DNA from: an uncultured Gammaproteobacteria bacterium
GTDB taxonomy: Bacteria; Pseudomonadota; Gammaproteobacteria; Pseudomonadales; Azotimanducaceae
Assembly: GCA_913043075.1 (NCBI GenBank)
Contig: CAJWLI010000001.1
Location: 1-28,053, forward strand
Direction: 5' to 3'
Length of the DNA: 28,053 bases
Position 1 is the first letter of the stretch, and each line of letters opens with the position of its first letter. The notes beneath the pieces are model-generated. The model saw nothing but the letters and a program-made list of their open reading frames with translations. It had not been told where the DNA came from and did not search any database. Both the position numbers and the translations under genes were made by a program. Below are positions 8,111 to 17,349 of this stretch, piece by piece.

Positions 8111-9259
8111 GTGATTAAGGTCTTTCCTGACATAAGGGAAATAGACCAGAGCTGCTGGGACAAATGCGCTGCACCCAAAGGGTCAACGTTTGACCCGTTC
8201 ACTTCATATAGCTTTCTTCGAGCGCTCGAAGAAAGCAAATCTGCTTGCTCGGAATCTGGTTGGTCCCCATGTCATCTAGGCTTAGAGAGCTCCTGTGGAG
8301 AATTGTTGGGAATTGTTCCGAGTTATTTAAAGAGTCATTCTCAAGGGGAATACGTTTTTGATTATGCGTGGGCAGACGCGTTTGAGAGGGCGGGAGGTCG
8401 TTATTATCCTAAGTTGCAAATTAGCATCCCTTTTACGCCGGCAACTGGCAGAAGATTGTTGGTTAGTGATCGCGTTGATTCGAAGGGTTTAGAAACGGAA
8501 CTGGCCCAAGGGCTTTTATCTTTGGCAGACAGACTAAAAGCTTCATCCGTTCACCTGACTTTTTTAGAAAAAGAACAGTGGCAGGGCCTATCTAAATTAG
8601 GGTTTCTTCAGCGAACGCATAGCCAATTTCATTGGGAAAACCGAGACTACCGCTCATTCAGTGAATTCTTAGATAGTCTAGCCTCAAAGAAGCGAAAAAA
8701 CATAAAAAGAGAGCGTAAAGGCGCCGTAGAATCTGGGGTAGTCATTGAGCGCATAACTGGCAAAGAAATCCTTGAGCGTCATTGGGACGCTTTTTATAAC
8801 TTCTACCTTGACACAGCAAATAGAAAATGGGGTTCTGCATACTTAACGAGGGAGTTTTTCTCGATGGTTGGTCAAACCATGGCAGAGCATATTTTACTGA
8901 TAATGTGCAAGAAAGGCGGTAGGTACATAGCAGGGGCGATTAACTTCATTGGATCCGAGTGCCTCTATGGACGTAATTGGGGGTGCGTCGAAGATTATCC
9001 TTACCTTCATTTTGAGGTTTGCTACTACCAAGCTATAGACTTTGCAATTGAGAACAATCTTAAGAGAGTAGAGGCGGGAGCGCAGGGCGCTCACAAGTTA
9101 GCGCGAGGTTATATGCCGATTCACACTTATAGCTCTCACTGGATTGCTAATAATTCTTTTTCTGAAGCGGTTTCTAGTTATCTCGATCAAGAAAGGCAAC
9201 ATGTAGATCAAGAAATTGATTTCGTCGAGAAAAAAGGACCTTTCAAAGATAGTAAGTGA
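8111..9259 (+). CDS. FemAB-like/GNAT-fold protein (DUF482 family)
   Basis: Motifs YLKSHSQGEYVFDYAWA, YYPKL...PFTPATG, QFHW.N, LYGRNWG, LHFEVCYYQAIDFAI and EAGAQG.HKLARGY. GTG start with no clear SD. Confidence 0.9.
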   Translation: MIKVFPDIREIDQSCWDKCAAPKGSTFDPFTSYSFLRALEESKSACSESGWSPCHLGLESSCGELLGIVPSYLKSHSQGEYVFDYAWADAFERAGGRYYPKLQISIPFTPATGRRLLVSDRVDSKGLETELAQGLLSLADRLKASSVHLTFLEKEQWQGLSKLGFLQRTHSQFHWENRDYRSFSEFLDSLASKKRKNIKRERKGAVESGVVIERITGKEILERHWDAFYNFYLDTANRKWGSAYLTREFFSMVGQTMAEHILLIMCKKGGRYIAGAINFIGSECLYGRNWGCVEDYPYLHFEVCYYQAIDFAIENNLKRVEAGAQGAHKLARGYMPIHTYSSHWIANNSFSEAVSSYLDQERQHVDQEIDFVEKKGPFKDSK

Positions 9260-9306
9260 TTACTATGCATAATTCGCCACCTCTTTCCATAGATGAAAAA
9301 GTCTTC

Positions 9307-9346
9307 AAAATCAATGTATTCTATTTGAATACAGTTGTATGATTTT
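9307..9346. terminator. AT-rich imperfect hairpin between convergent genes, possible bidirectional terminator
   Basis: TGTATTC (9315-9321), a 5-nt loop, GAATACA (9327-9333), flanked by AAAATCA/TGATTTT. It is AT-rich and lacks a classic GC stem. Confidence 0.3.
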
Positions 9347-9367
9347 AGATGTATGCGAGGTGCTTGA

Positions 9368-9823
9368 TTAGATATTTTTATGTTTTGTGATATATCGGTC
9401 CAAAGCGTTAGCAAATTTCTGGAGGTCTGTTTTAGCTAGCGGTTTTGATCTGCCACTGTGTTCACCTGAAGATCGCATAGTTTCCATGAAATCTCTCAGC
9501 ACCAGTTTCTGTTTTATCGTGTCTTTGGTGAAATTCTCACCACGCGGGCTTATCACAGCGACTTCTTTATCTATTAGATCGGCTGCTAAGGGAATGTCTG
9601 ATGTTATCGCGAGATCCTTTGGGCTAGCCCGTTTTAAGATCTCGTCGTCAGCGACGTCGAATCCCCTGGGGACTTGAACAAAGTTAATTTGCTGTACTTT
9701 AGGAAGAGGGATAACTGAGTTCGCCACAAAATTTGTTCGAATTTTTGTTCTGATGCTTGCCCGGCAGAGGATCTCTCTAACGCCCTTCGGACAAGCGTCT
9801 GCGTCAACCCAAATGGTAATCAA
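9368..9823 (-). CDS. yaiI: YaiI/YqxD family protein (DUF188)
   Basis: Motifs IWVDADACP, GFDVADDEI, IT.DIPLAA, PRGE and RDFMETMRSSG. The TTG start overlaps the TGA of the upstream SDR, and an in-frame stop lies 12 nt upstream. Confidence 0.92.
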   Translation of the reverse strand: MITIWVDADACPKGVREILCRASIRTKIRTNFVANSVIPLPKVQQINFVQVPRGFDVADDEILKRASPKDLAITSDIPLAADLIDKEVAVISPRGENFTKDTIKQKLVLRDFMETMRSSGEHSGRSKPLAKTDLQKFANALDRYITKHKNI

Positions 9824-10545
9824 AAGTTTTCTTTAAAAGTTCTTATGTCTATTTCGTGTGTCCACGCATTTTTGGGCTGAGAATACAGGTACATAAACGT
9901 CTCCGATATACCATCAAGTCCAATTAAGCCATTGATTCCGGTTGAAGCGACATAATCTGGGTAATTTGATGTAATTTTCTCGCCCATGATCCCACCATCA
10001 ATTATAATGTGTCCCACGTGAATGCCCTTTGGCTGAAACTCCCTCGCTAAACTCTGTGATAATGCCCTAAGCCCCGCTTTAGCTGCAGTAAAAGCTGAGA
10101 AGTTTGGCTTACCCCTTACTGAGGCACTCGCGCCTGTGAAAAGCAACGTTCCGGACCCTCGAGTTAACATTTTCTTCACTACATTCTGGGAAAAGAGAAA
10201 TCCTCCAAACGTGCAAACTTTCCATGCTTCCTCAAAATATCCAGGTGACATGGTGATGAAATCTCCGGGAAAAGCATTTCCAGCATTGTAGACAGCAAGA
10301 TCTATGGGACCAGCTTGTTCCGCTCTATCGACTAGCGAGCTGACCTCTTCAGGATCAGTTGCGTCGGCGCAAAAGGCAGTTGCCTTGCCCCCTTCGTTAA
10401 TTATCTTTGAAGCTATTTTTTCTATAGCAGACTTAGTTCTCCCAGAAATAAAAACGTGAAGCCCAGCCCTTGCTGCATGCATAGATAAATTTGCCCCCAA
10501 TCCTTCGACTGGTCCTACGCCAAGTATCACAGCTGTCTTTTCCAA
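9820..10545 (-). CDS. Short-chain dehydrogenase/reductase, atypical subgroup with FxxxK in place of YxxxK
   Basis: Motifs AVILGVGP..GLG, YNAG, LLFTGASAS.RG, AFTAAKAGLRALSQSLAREFQPKGIHV and IIIDG. TTG start. Confidence 0.9.
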   Translation of the reverse strand: MEKTAVILGVGPVEGLGANLSMHAARAGLHVFISGRTKSAIEKIASKIINEGGKATAFCADATDPEEVSSLVDRAEQAGPIDLAVYNAGNAFPGDFITMSPGYFEEAWKVCTFGGFLFSQNVVKKMLTRGSGTLLFTGASASVRGKPNFSAFTAAKAGLRALSQSLAREFQPKGIHVGHIIIDGGIMGEKITSNYPDYVASTGINGLIGLDGISETFMYLYSQPKNAWTHEIDIRTFKENF

Positions 10546-10641
10546 TCTATAATCACTTTTTAATAACTGTGGGTTGGATGGTACCTATTGTTTGAGCGGG
10601 GTTCCATTAGAAAAAGTATAGCGATCAAAAATTTCAAATAG

Positions 10642-10670
10642 TTGCGTATTTACTTGCGCACCCTTATGCT
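10642..10670 (+). promoter_or_regulatory. Putative sigma70 promoter of the thiolase
   Basis: TTGCGT (10642-10647), a 17-nt spacer, then TATGCT (10665-10670), 36 nt before the ATG. SD GGAG at 10693-10696. TTGCGYA is repeated at 10642 and 10654. Confidence 0.45.
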
Positions 10671-10706
10671 CTTTGAAAATGAAAGCTGTTCTGGAGAACT
10701 TGTTGT

Positions 10707-11870
10707 ATGAGTGATGTATATATTGTTGAGGCATGTCGAAGCGCAATTGGTAAACGTGGAAAGGGTTTAGCGGGCTTAAAACCAGCGGATCTGTTGGGGT
10801 TGGTGCAGAAGGCTGCGCTTAATCGAGCTAAAGTTGCACCTGAAAATATTGATCAAGTCATCGGCGGATGCGTTTCCCAAGTGGGAGAGCAAACTTTTAA
10901 CATTGCAAGAATCGCCTGGCTTTCTCAAGGATTGCCTCTCGAAGTCCCCTCTACTACCGTAGATGCTCAATGCGGATCGAGTCAACAGGCGACCTCTATG
11001 GCAGCGACAATGGTTGCTTCAGGTATAGAGGATATTGTGATGAGCTGTGGCGTAGAGATGATGTCTAGGGTTCCTTTAGGTTCAGCTATGAAAGATGGCA
11101 ACCCAATGGGCGAGGACTACGGCAATTTGTATCAACCTACCAGTCAATTTATGGGCGCGGCGTTGATCGCCGAAGAATATCAAATAACTCGAGAAGACAC
11201 GGATAAATTTGGGTTAGACAGCCAGAACAAGGCCATCGAGGCTTGGAAGGAAAAAAGGTTTGATCGAGAAATTGTAAAAATAGAGGCGCCCATCTTAAAC
11301 GAAAAATTTGAGCCCACTGGAGAGAGGCGGACTGTTGATCGCGATGAGGGGTTGAGAGAGACCTCGCTTGATTCCTTGGCTGGTCTTGATCCTGTTCCAG
11401 GACAAGACGTACATACCGCTGGATCAAGCTCTCAGGTCTCAGATGGCGCCGCGGCAGTCATTATGGCATCTCGAAAGGCTTGTGACCGCTTAGATTTGAA
11501 ACCCCGCGCAAAAATTGTTGCCACGACCCTAGTTGGAGTCGATCCGGTCACGATGTTAAAGGGTCCTATACCTGCAACAAGGAAAGTTCTGGAGAGAGCC
11601 GGTTTGACAATGGATGATATTGATATTTTTGAGGTGAACGAGGCTTTTGCTTCTGTGGTGCTTGCTTGGCAAAAAGATCTTGGCGCCGACCCTGATAAAG
11701 TTAATGTCAACGGAGGCGCGATTGCGCTTGGTCATCCCACGGGAAGTACAGGGGCGAGGTTGATTACAACTGCATTGCATGAGTTGGAACGTCGAGGAGG
11801 GAAATATGCCTTGATCGCAATGTGTTGCGGTGGTGGCCTGGGAACGGGAACCATTATTGAGCGTCTATAG
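10707..11870 (+). CDS. Acetyl-CoA C-acyltransferase (3-ketoacyl-CoA thiolase), FadA5/FadA6-like
   Basis: Catalytic motifs QCGSSQQA, NEAF, GHPTG and CCGGG. The C-terminal TGTIIERL and N-terminal VQKA/QVIGGCV/GEQ/AWL resemble my recall of mycobacterial FadA5. Confidence 0.92.
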   Translation: MSDVYIVEACRSAIGKRGKGLAGLKPADLLGLVQKAALNRAKVAPENIDQVIGGCVSQVGEQTFNIARIAWLSQGLPLEVPSTTVDAQCGSSQQATSMAATMVASGIEDIVMSCGVEMMSRVPLGSAMKDGNPMGEDYGNLYQPTSQFMGAALIAEEYQITREDTDKFGLDSQNKAIEAWKEKRFDREIVKIEAPILNEKFEPTGERRTVDRDEGLRETSLDSLAGLDPVPGQDVHTAGSSSQVSDGAAAVIMASRKACDRLDLKPRAKIVATTLVGVDPVTMLKGPIPATRKVLERAGLTMDDIDIFEVNEAFASVVLAWQKDLGADPDKVNVNGGAIALGHPTGSTGARLITTALHELERRGGKYALIAMCCGGGLGTGTIIERL

Positions 11871-11910
11871 TACTCTTTAAACTCGCTAGGCTTCTATCCT
11901 TTTTGAGGTT

Positions 11911-13185
11911 TCAGGCTTTTTTATCAAAATCGATTTGAAGGCCTGTCAGTCCATGCAGTAACGCATTAGCTGAGAACTCAGGCGGGGGTGCTCCTTCTGA
12001 AAGCCTAAAGTTTTCAAGACGCTCGAATATAACTCTAAATCCTATGTTCATTTCCCTGCGGCTTAGTGCAGCCCCTAAACAATGATGAACACCTTTCCCA
12101 AACGCAACTTGGTCCTTTAGATTCTCTCTAGTGATGTCGAATTTATAAGGATCGGGGAACTTTTCTCCGTCCTGATTCGCCGATGCAAACCTAGCAAAAA
12201 GAATGCTGTCTTTAGGGATTTTTATACCATGCATCTCGACATCTTTAGTTGCTCGACGAAACATATTTGACGACGGGCTGGAGTATCTCAGCACCTCCTC
12301 AACGAAATTGGAAATAATTTCTGGAGAAGGGTCCTTCTTTATAAGTTCATACTGTTCTGGATTCTTGGTTAAAAGCCATATTCCTTCAGTCATTGATGCA
12401 GCGGTTGTTTCGTTTCCGGCAACCAAGATTTGGCTCAACATGGATAGAGACTCAGCATTTTCAAGAGGTTTTTCGCCGTCAATGCTCGCGTTAACTATTT
12501 GCGAGAGAATATCCTCCTCAGGGTTTTCTCGTCGCTCGTCCATTCTTTCCACGAAGTATTTTTGGAACTCAATGACGTCTCGTGCAGCGTTCAGCAATCC
12601 CTCTCTGTCTAACTGCCCACTTAGGTTTCCAACAAATGCTTCGGTCCATTTCCTGAAAAGCGGGATATCCTCCTCCGGGGCACCAAGCTGAGAGGAAATA
12701 ACCCTGATAGGAAGTGGTATTCCGAATTCGTCTAAAAATTCGCAAGAACCTTTGTCAATGAAATTATCGATTAGTTCATTCGAAACTGCCTCTATGAAGG
12801 GCTCCAAAGCCCTTAAATTTTTTGGTGAAAACGCGCTATTTACAAATTTTCTGTACCTGAGCTGAAGTGGAGGATCTTCAGTGAGCATTGTTGGAACGTT
12901 CTCATAACCTTCTCGCATTATCGCCAGCAGTTCTTCGTCCTCGGATGAGTATAGTGCTCTGCTAGAGGACAGCATCCTGCTAGAAAAAGTCTCATAATCT
13001 TTTGCCATCTCCACGACGTCTTCGTATCTTGATACGAAAAATATCCCCGAGTTTGGGTCCTGGAAAACCGGGGCTTCTTTTCTTAGCCGCTCGTTCATTA
13101 ACCAGGGCGATTTAAGAACCTCTGGGTGCATAGGATTGATTTGGTGTATCGGACACGTTGCAATTTTTTGTATTTCTTCTGACAT
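11911..13185 (-). CDS. Cytochrome P450
   Basis: Heme-ligand motif FGKGVHHCLGA, I-helix AGNETT and K-helix EEVLR; 424 aa. Confidence 0.96.
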   Translation of the reverse strand: MSEEIQKIATCPIHQINPMHPEVLKSPWLMNERLRKEAPVFQDPNSGIFFVSRYEDVVEMAKDYETFSSRMLSSSRALYSSEDEELLAIMREGYENVPTMLTEDPPLQLRYRKFVNSAFSPKNLRALEPFIEAVSNELIDNFIDKGSCEFLDEFGIPLPIRVISSQLGAPEEDIPLFRKWTEAFVGNLSGQLDREGLLNAARDVIEFQKYFVERMDERRENPEEDILSQIVNASIDGEKPLENAESLSMLSQILVAGNETTAASMTEGIWLLTKNPEQYELIKKDPSPEIISNFVEEVLRYSSPSSNMFRRATKDVEMHGIKIPKDSILFARFASANQDGEKFPDPYKFDITRENLKDQVAFGKGVHHCLGAALSRREMNIGFRVIFERLENFRLSEGAPPPEFSANALLHGLTGLQIDFDKKA

Positions 13186-13223
13186 GCTATCTCTTCAATG
13201 TTTTCTAAGGGAAGATTACCACG

Positions 13224-13238
13224 GAAATCGTCGATGTG
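13224..13238. promoter_or_regulatory. Candidate operator GAAATCGTCGATGTG, a 13/15 match to the palindrome at 17331-17345
   Basis: Direct sequence comparison. It lies in the divergent P450/MFS spacer, where the -35 of a TATACT -10 element (13253-13258) would fall. Confidence 0.45.
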
Positions 13239-13346
13239 GGACCATAATCAGCTATACTGCTAGTCAAACGCTAACAATAAAAACGGTAAAGCAAACTTGA
13301 TAATTTCCTTTCGAGAGAGAGTAATCCCCATTAGGTTTATCACATT

Positions 13347-14672
13347 GTGAAGACCTATTCGAATTGGACCCTCTGGTATGTGGTTTTTTTGCTGACTATT
13401 GCGGCCACTTTATCTTTCATAGATCGACAAATATTGAATGTGATGATAGGACCCATAAAACGAGATTTGGGGGGGCTCTCTGACACAGAAATTTCTTTAA
13501 TTATTGGACTAGCATTCTCGACCGTATACTCTTTAACGACATTGCCCCTGGCTAGGATAGCCGACCGATATAGTAGACGAAATGTTATTGCCGCTGGAAT
13601 CTTTAGTTGGAGCCTTATGACGGCTTTGGCAGGCATGGCAAATTCTTTTTGGCAGTTGTTCACAGCACGAATGGGGGTTGGGATCGGTGAAGCGTCCTTG
13701 GGCCCTGCTTCAACTTCAATGTTGGCCGATTATTTCGATGAGCATCGTCTGCCCTTCGCTTATGGTATTGTTGCGTCTGCTCCCTTTATTGGAACGGGTT
13801 TAGCTAACATCGTAGGTGGACCTTTAATCGATTACCTGGAAGCGCAGCCCAAAGTGATTTTGCCATTTTTTGGAGAAATGTTTTCCTGGCAAACTGTGCT
13901 TGTGACGGTTGGACTTCCCGGAATCCTATTAGCCGCAGTGATGTTTACTATCAAAGAACCGAAAAGAGTTGGCGTGAGCGCGGAAAAAGATGAGGGTTTT
14001 TCCTACAAAGAACTATGGGAGTTTTGTCTATCAAGAAAAAAGTTTCTTTCTTTTCTCTTTGTCGCTTACCTCTGTTTATCTGTTCAAGGCTTCGCTTTTC
14101 TCACTTGGATCGTTGAGTTTTTTGTTAGAACGCATGGATGGACAAGGACCGAAATAGGTCTTTCATACGGCTTCATAGCCTTGTTTTTTGGAACTGGTGG
14201 GAGTGTCTTAGCTGGATATTTTGCAGGGTACTTGGTAGCAAAAGGGAGTCCAAATGCACCGATGAGAGTTTGTTTCTGGGGAACTGTTGGTCTAGCACCT
14301 TTGGCGATTTTGATGCCGCTATTGGACAATGCTCATCTAGCGCTCGCGATTGTGGTGCCGATAACATTTTTTATGGGTGTGCCACCAGGTTTGTCGAATG
14401 CTGCTCTCCAGGCTATTTCTCCTAACCGATTGCGAGGTCAGATGATTGCGGTCTATTTGATCTGTGTAAGTTTTTTATCCTATTTGTTTGCTCCTCTGAT
14501 AATTGGGTTGATGAATGATTACGTCTTTGGCCGAGAAGACGCGATCAATCTGTCTTTGTCTTCGCTTGCAGCGGTGAATTATGCAATTGCTATCGCGTGT
14601 TTATTTTTCAGTTTTAAACCCATGGATCAGGCTATTAAGATGGCTAAAGAATTTACTTATACCTCAAGCTAG
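13347..14672 (+). CDS. Major facilitator superfamily transporter (spinster-like)
   Basis: About 12 hydrophobic segments, motif A IADRYSRRNVI, N-terminal SFIDRQIL and RMGVGIGEA. GTG start. Confidence 0.92.
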   Translation: MKTYSNWTLWYVVFLLTIAATLSFIDRQILNVMIGPIKRDLGGLSDTEISLIIGLAFSTVYSLTTLPLARIADRYSRRNVIAAGIFSWSLMTALAGMANSFWQLFTARMGVGIGEASLGPASTSMLADYFDEHRLPFAYGIVASAPFIGTGLANIVGGPLIDYLEAQPKVILPFFGEMFSWQTVLVTVGLPGILLAAVMFTIKEPKRVGVSAEKDEGFSYKELWEFCLSRKKFLSFLFVAYLCLSVQGFAFLTWIVEFFVRTHGWTRTEIGLSYGFIALFFGTGGSVLAGYFAGYLVAKGSPNAPMRVCFWGTVGLAPLAILMPLLDNAHLALAIVVPITFFMGVPPGLSNAALQAISPNRLRGQMIAVYLICVSFLSYLFAPLIIGLMNDYVFGREDAINLSLSSLAAVNYAIAIACLFFSFKPMDQAIKMAKEFTYTSS

Positions 14673-14675
14673 GTT

Positions 14676-15443
14676 TTAGCGAGGCTTCGCGCCTCCTCCT
14701 ACTCGAAGGATTTCGCCGCTAATCCAAGAGGCCGCATCTGAACTGAGGTATATGCAAGCGGATGAAATATCCTCTGGAGTTCCCAGTCTGCCGAGAGGAA
14801 TATTCCATTCTTCTAGAATGCTATCTAACTGTGTCTCGTCCTTCCCAATTGCTTTTAACATTACCTCTGTTGGGATTGCTCCGGGGGCTACCGCGTTAAC
14901 TCGAATGTTTGGGGCGAATTCCGCGGCAAAGGTCCATGTCAAAGAGTTTGTTCCAGCTTTGGCCGCTCCATAATGCGCACTCCCAGGAACTGGACCAGTT
15001 CCTGCTCCCGAAGTTATATTGATGATAGACCCTTTTTTCATATAACGTTCCGCTGTAAGGCAGCCCTCGTATATAGATGTAAGGTTAAGCGCTATGGTTT
15101 TATGCCATTCTTCTCTGGGCAGCTCTTTTGCTGGCATACGAAGAGGAGAGCCTCCGGCATTGTTGATCCAGTCGGTTAATTTCCCAAATTCCCCGACCGC
15201 AGTGCTCCCTAATTTATCAAGGTCACTACTTTTTGTCACATCGGCAGTTATAGCGATAGCAGTTCCTCCTGCTTCTCTAATTCTTTGCTCCACTCCTTTA
15301 ATTTCTTCTGTTCTCCGAGCGGCAAGCACTACTTTCGCTCCAGCTTTTGCGAAATCTTCGGCGATTCCCTGTCCAATGCCTCTTCCAGCGCCAGTGACCA
15401 CGGCCACTCTTCCCTCAAGACTGTATCTGTCAAGAATACTCAT
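14676..15443 (-). CDS. Classical SDR, FabG/7-alpha-HSDH-like, probably NADP(H)-preferring
   Basis: Motifs TGAGRGIG, NNAG, YGAAK and RVNAVAPG. Basic ARR after beta-2. The SD AGGAG overlaps the pckG stop. Confidence 0.92.
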   Translation of the reverse strand: MSILDRYSLEGRVAVVTGAGRGIGQGIAEDFAKAGAKVVLAARRTEEIKGVEQRIREAGGTAIAITADVTKSSDLDKLGSTAVGEFGKLTDWINNAGGSPLRMPAKELPREEWHKTIALNLTSIYEGCLTAERYMKKGSIINITSGAGTGPVPGSAHYGAAKAGTNSLTWTFAAEFAPNIRVNAVAPGAIPTEVMLKAIGKDETQLDSILEEWNIPLGRLGTPEDISSACIYLSSDAASWISGEILRVGGGAKPR

Positions 15444-15451
15444 GCGTTCTC

Positions 15452-17248
15452 CTACGCTACTTTTTCTGCTCGCCTTAGCTTTTCTGTGAGTACGTTCAAT
15501 TCATTCTCCAGTTCTTTCGGTACTTTATCTCCATAGGAGCTATAGTAATCACGAATTAAAGGTATTTCCTCTAGCCAACCATCAATTTCTACCTTGAGCA
15601 GGTTATCCAAGTCTCTTTCTGAAAGATTCAAACCCTCAAGGTCAATGCTGTTAGGGCTTGGTAAATTACCTATGGGAGTTTCTATAGCGCTTGCTTTTCC
15701 TTCAATTCTATCGAAGATCCATTTTAGAACCCTTGAGTTTTCTCCAAACCCCGGCCAGACAAAATTCCCTTCTCCATCTTTTCTAAACCAGTTGACGTAA
15801 AAGATTTTCGGAAGGGAATCCTTGTCCTTTTTTCCCATATTAATCCAGTGTGACCAGTAGTCAGCCATGTTGTAGCCACAGAAGGGAAGCATGGCCATCG
15901 GATCCCTGCGAAGCTCCCCTATCTTGCCGTCGGCAGCCGCAGTTTTTTCGGAGGAAACTATCGATCCAAAAAAAGTCCCTTGGACCCAGTCTCTAGCTTC
16001 ATTCACTAGAGGCACAACCGTTGCTCTTCTACCTCCAAAGAGAATTGCACTAATAGGCACCCCAGAGAGTTCTTCCCACTCCTCTGCAATCACAGGACAT
16101 TGAGCTGCTGAAACGGTGAATCGTGCATTAGGATGAGCAGCGGGCTCATTGGACTTTGGGGTCCAATCATTCCCTTTCCAATCGATCAGATGATCAGGTG
16201 CTGGTCCCATGCCTTCCCACCAGACATCGCCATCATCCGTTTCTGCGACATTGGTGAAAATACAATCTTTTTCTAGACTTCGCATCGCATTCGGATTTGA
16301 CTTCATCCCTGTTCCTGGAGCGACTCCAAAAAACCCTGCTTCAGGGTTGATAGCATAAAGTCGCCCATCAGGTCCGAATTTCATCCAACATATATCGTCG
16401 CCTACCGTTTCCACCTTCCAATCTGGGATAGTTGGAATAAGCATTGCTAAATTTGTCTTGCCGCAAGCGCTTGGGAAGGCTCCCGCGATATATCTGGAAG
16501 TTCCCTCTGGGTTGGTAAGCTTGAGTATTAGCATATGCTCGGCAAGCCAGCCTTGCTCCTTTGCCATAGCGGAAGCTATTCTCAATGCAAAGCATTTCTT
16601 TCCCAAGAGCGCATTACCTCCATAGCCCGATCCAAAGGACCAGATTTCTTTTGTTTCAGGAAAGTGAGCTACATAAAGGTTTTCTGGATTGCATGGCCAG
16701 ATTGAGTCTTCGTCTTCACTCTCGAGCGGAACGCCAACTGAGTGAACGCAAGGAACAAACTCTCCGTCTCCGCCAAGCTTTTCAAGAACTTTTTCTCCTA
16801 CTCTAGTCATAATGTGCATACTTGCAACTACGTAAGGCGAGTCCGTAATTTCTACCCCAATGTGGGCTATTGGAGAACCAACCGGTCCCATCGAGAAGGG
16901 TATTACATACATTACCCTTCCTCGCATGCAACCTTTAAACAATCCATGAAGAGTAGCTTTCATTGTTTCGGGGTTTTCCCAATTATTATTTGGACCGGCT
17001 TCCCCTTCACTCTCGGAGCAAATATAAGTCCTGCTCTCGACCCTAGCTACATCAGCAGGATCAGAACGAACTAGATAACTGTTGGGTCTCTTTGTTTCAT
17101 TGAGTTTTCTGGCTGCCCCGGATTTCAAAAGAAGATTCATCATCTGGTTATATTCTTCGGTGCTGCCATTACATATAACAAGAGAATCAGGCTCACAAAG
17201 AGATCTGATTTCTTCTAGCCAGTCAGCGAGACGCTCGTGTTTCAGCAT
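15452..17248 (-). CDS. pckG: Phosphoenolpyruvate carboxykinase (GTP)
   Basis: Motifs [34 protein letters not shown]-loop [33 protein letters not shown] and [10 protein letters not shown]. Confidence 0.97.
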   Translation of the reverse strand: MLKHERLADWLEEIRSLCEPDSLVICNGSTEEYNQMMNLLLKSGAARKLNETKRPNSYLVRSDPADVARVESRTYICSESEGEAGPNNNWENPETMKATLHGLFKGCMRGRVMYVIPFSMGPVGSPIAHIGVEITDSPYVVASMHIMTRVGEKVLEKLGGDGEFVPCVHSVGVPLESEDEDSIWPCNPENLYVAHFPETKEIWSFGSGYGGNALLGKKCFALRIASAMAKEQGWLAEHMLILKLTNPEGTSRYIAGAFPSACGKTNLAMLIPTIPDWKVETVGDDICWMKFGPDGRLYAINPEAGFFGVAPGTGMKSNPNAMRSLEKDCIFTNVAETDDGDVWWEGMGPAPDHLIDWKGNDWTPKSNEPAAHPNARFTVSAAQCPVIAEEWEELSGVPISAILFGGRRATVVPLVNEARDWVQGTFFGSIVSSEKTAAADGKIGELRRDPMAMLPFCGYNMADYWSHWINMGKKDKDSLPKIFYVNWFRKDGEGNFVWPGFGENSRVLKWIFDRIEGKASAIETPIGNLPSPNSIDLEGLNLSERDLDNLLKVEIDGWLEEIPLIRDYYSSYGDKVPKELENELNVLTEKLRRAEKVA

Positions 17249-17330
17249 TAATTTGGTCCTTTTTGCTAGCGATCAAATAACGATACCGGTGCATCGCATG
17301 GAAGCCTCAAGGATAACTTATTAGAAGTTT

Positions 17331-17345
17331 CAAATCGACGATTTG
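17331..17345. promoter_or_regulatory. Perfect 7-1-7 palindrome CAAATCG-A-CGATTTG upstream of pckG, candidate operator
   Basis: Perfect inverted repeat 4 nt past the ligase stop and about 82 nt before the pckG ATG. No U-tract follows on the minus strand, so it is unlike an intrinsic terminator. Confidence 0.55.
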
Positions 17346-17349
17346 TCTA

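Noticed and set aside
12203-12691. 162-aa plus-strand ORF antisense to the P450
   Set aside because: It lies wholly within the P450 on the opposite strand, is Ser-rich and has no recognisable motif. This is a typical shadow ORF.
13340-13350. TCACA-T-TGTGA palindrome over the MFS start codon
   Set aside because: The CRP half-sites are in the wrong order and spacing (CRP is TGTGA-N6-TCACA). It is short, single-copy and plausibly chance.
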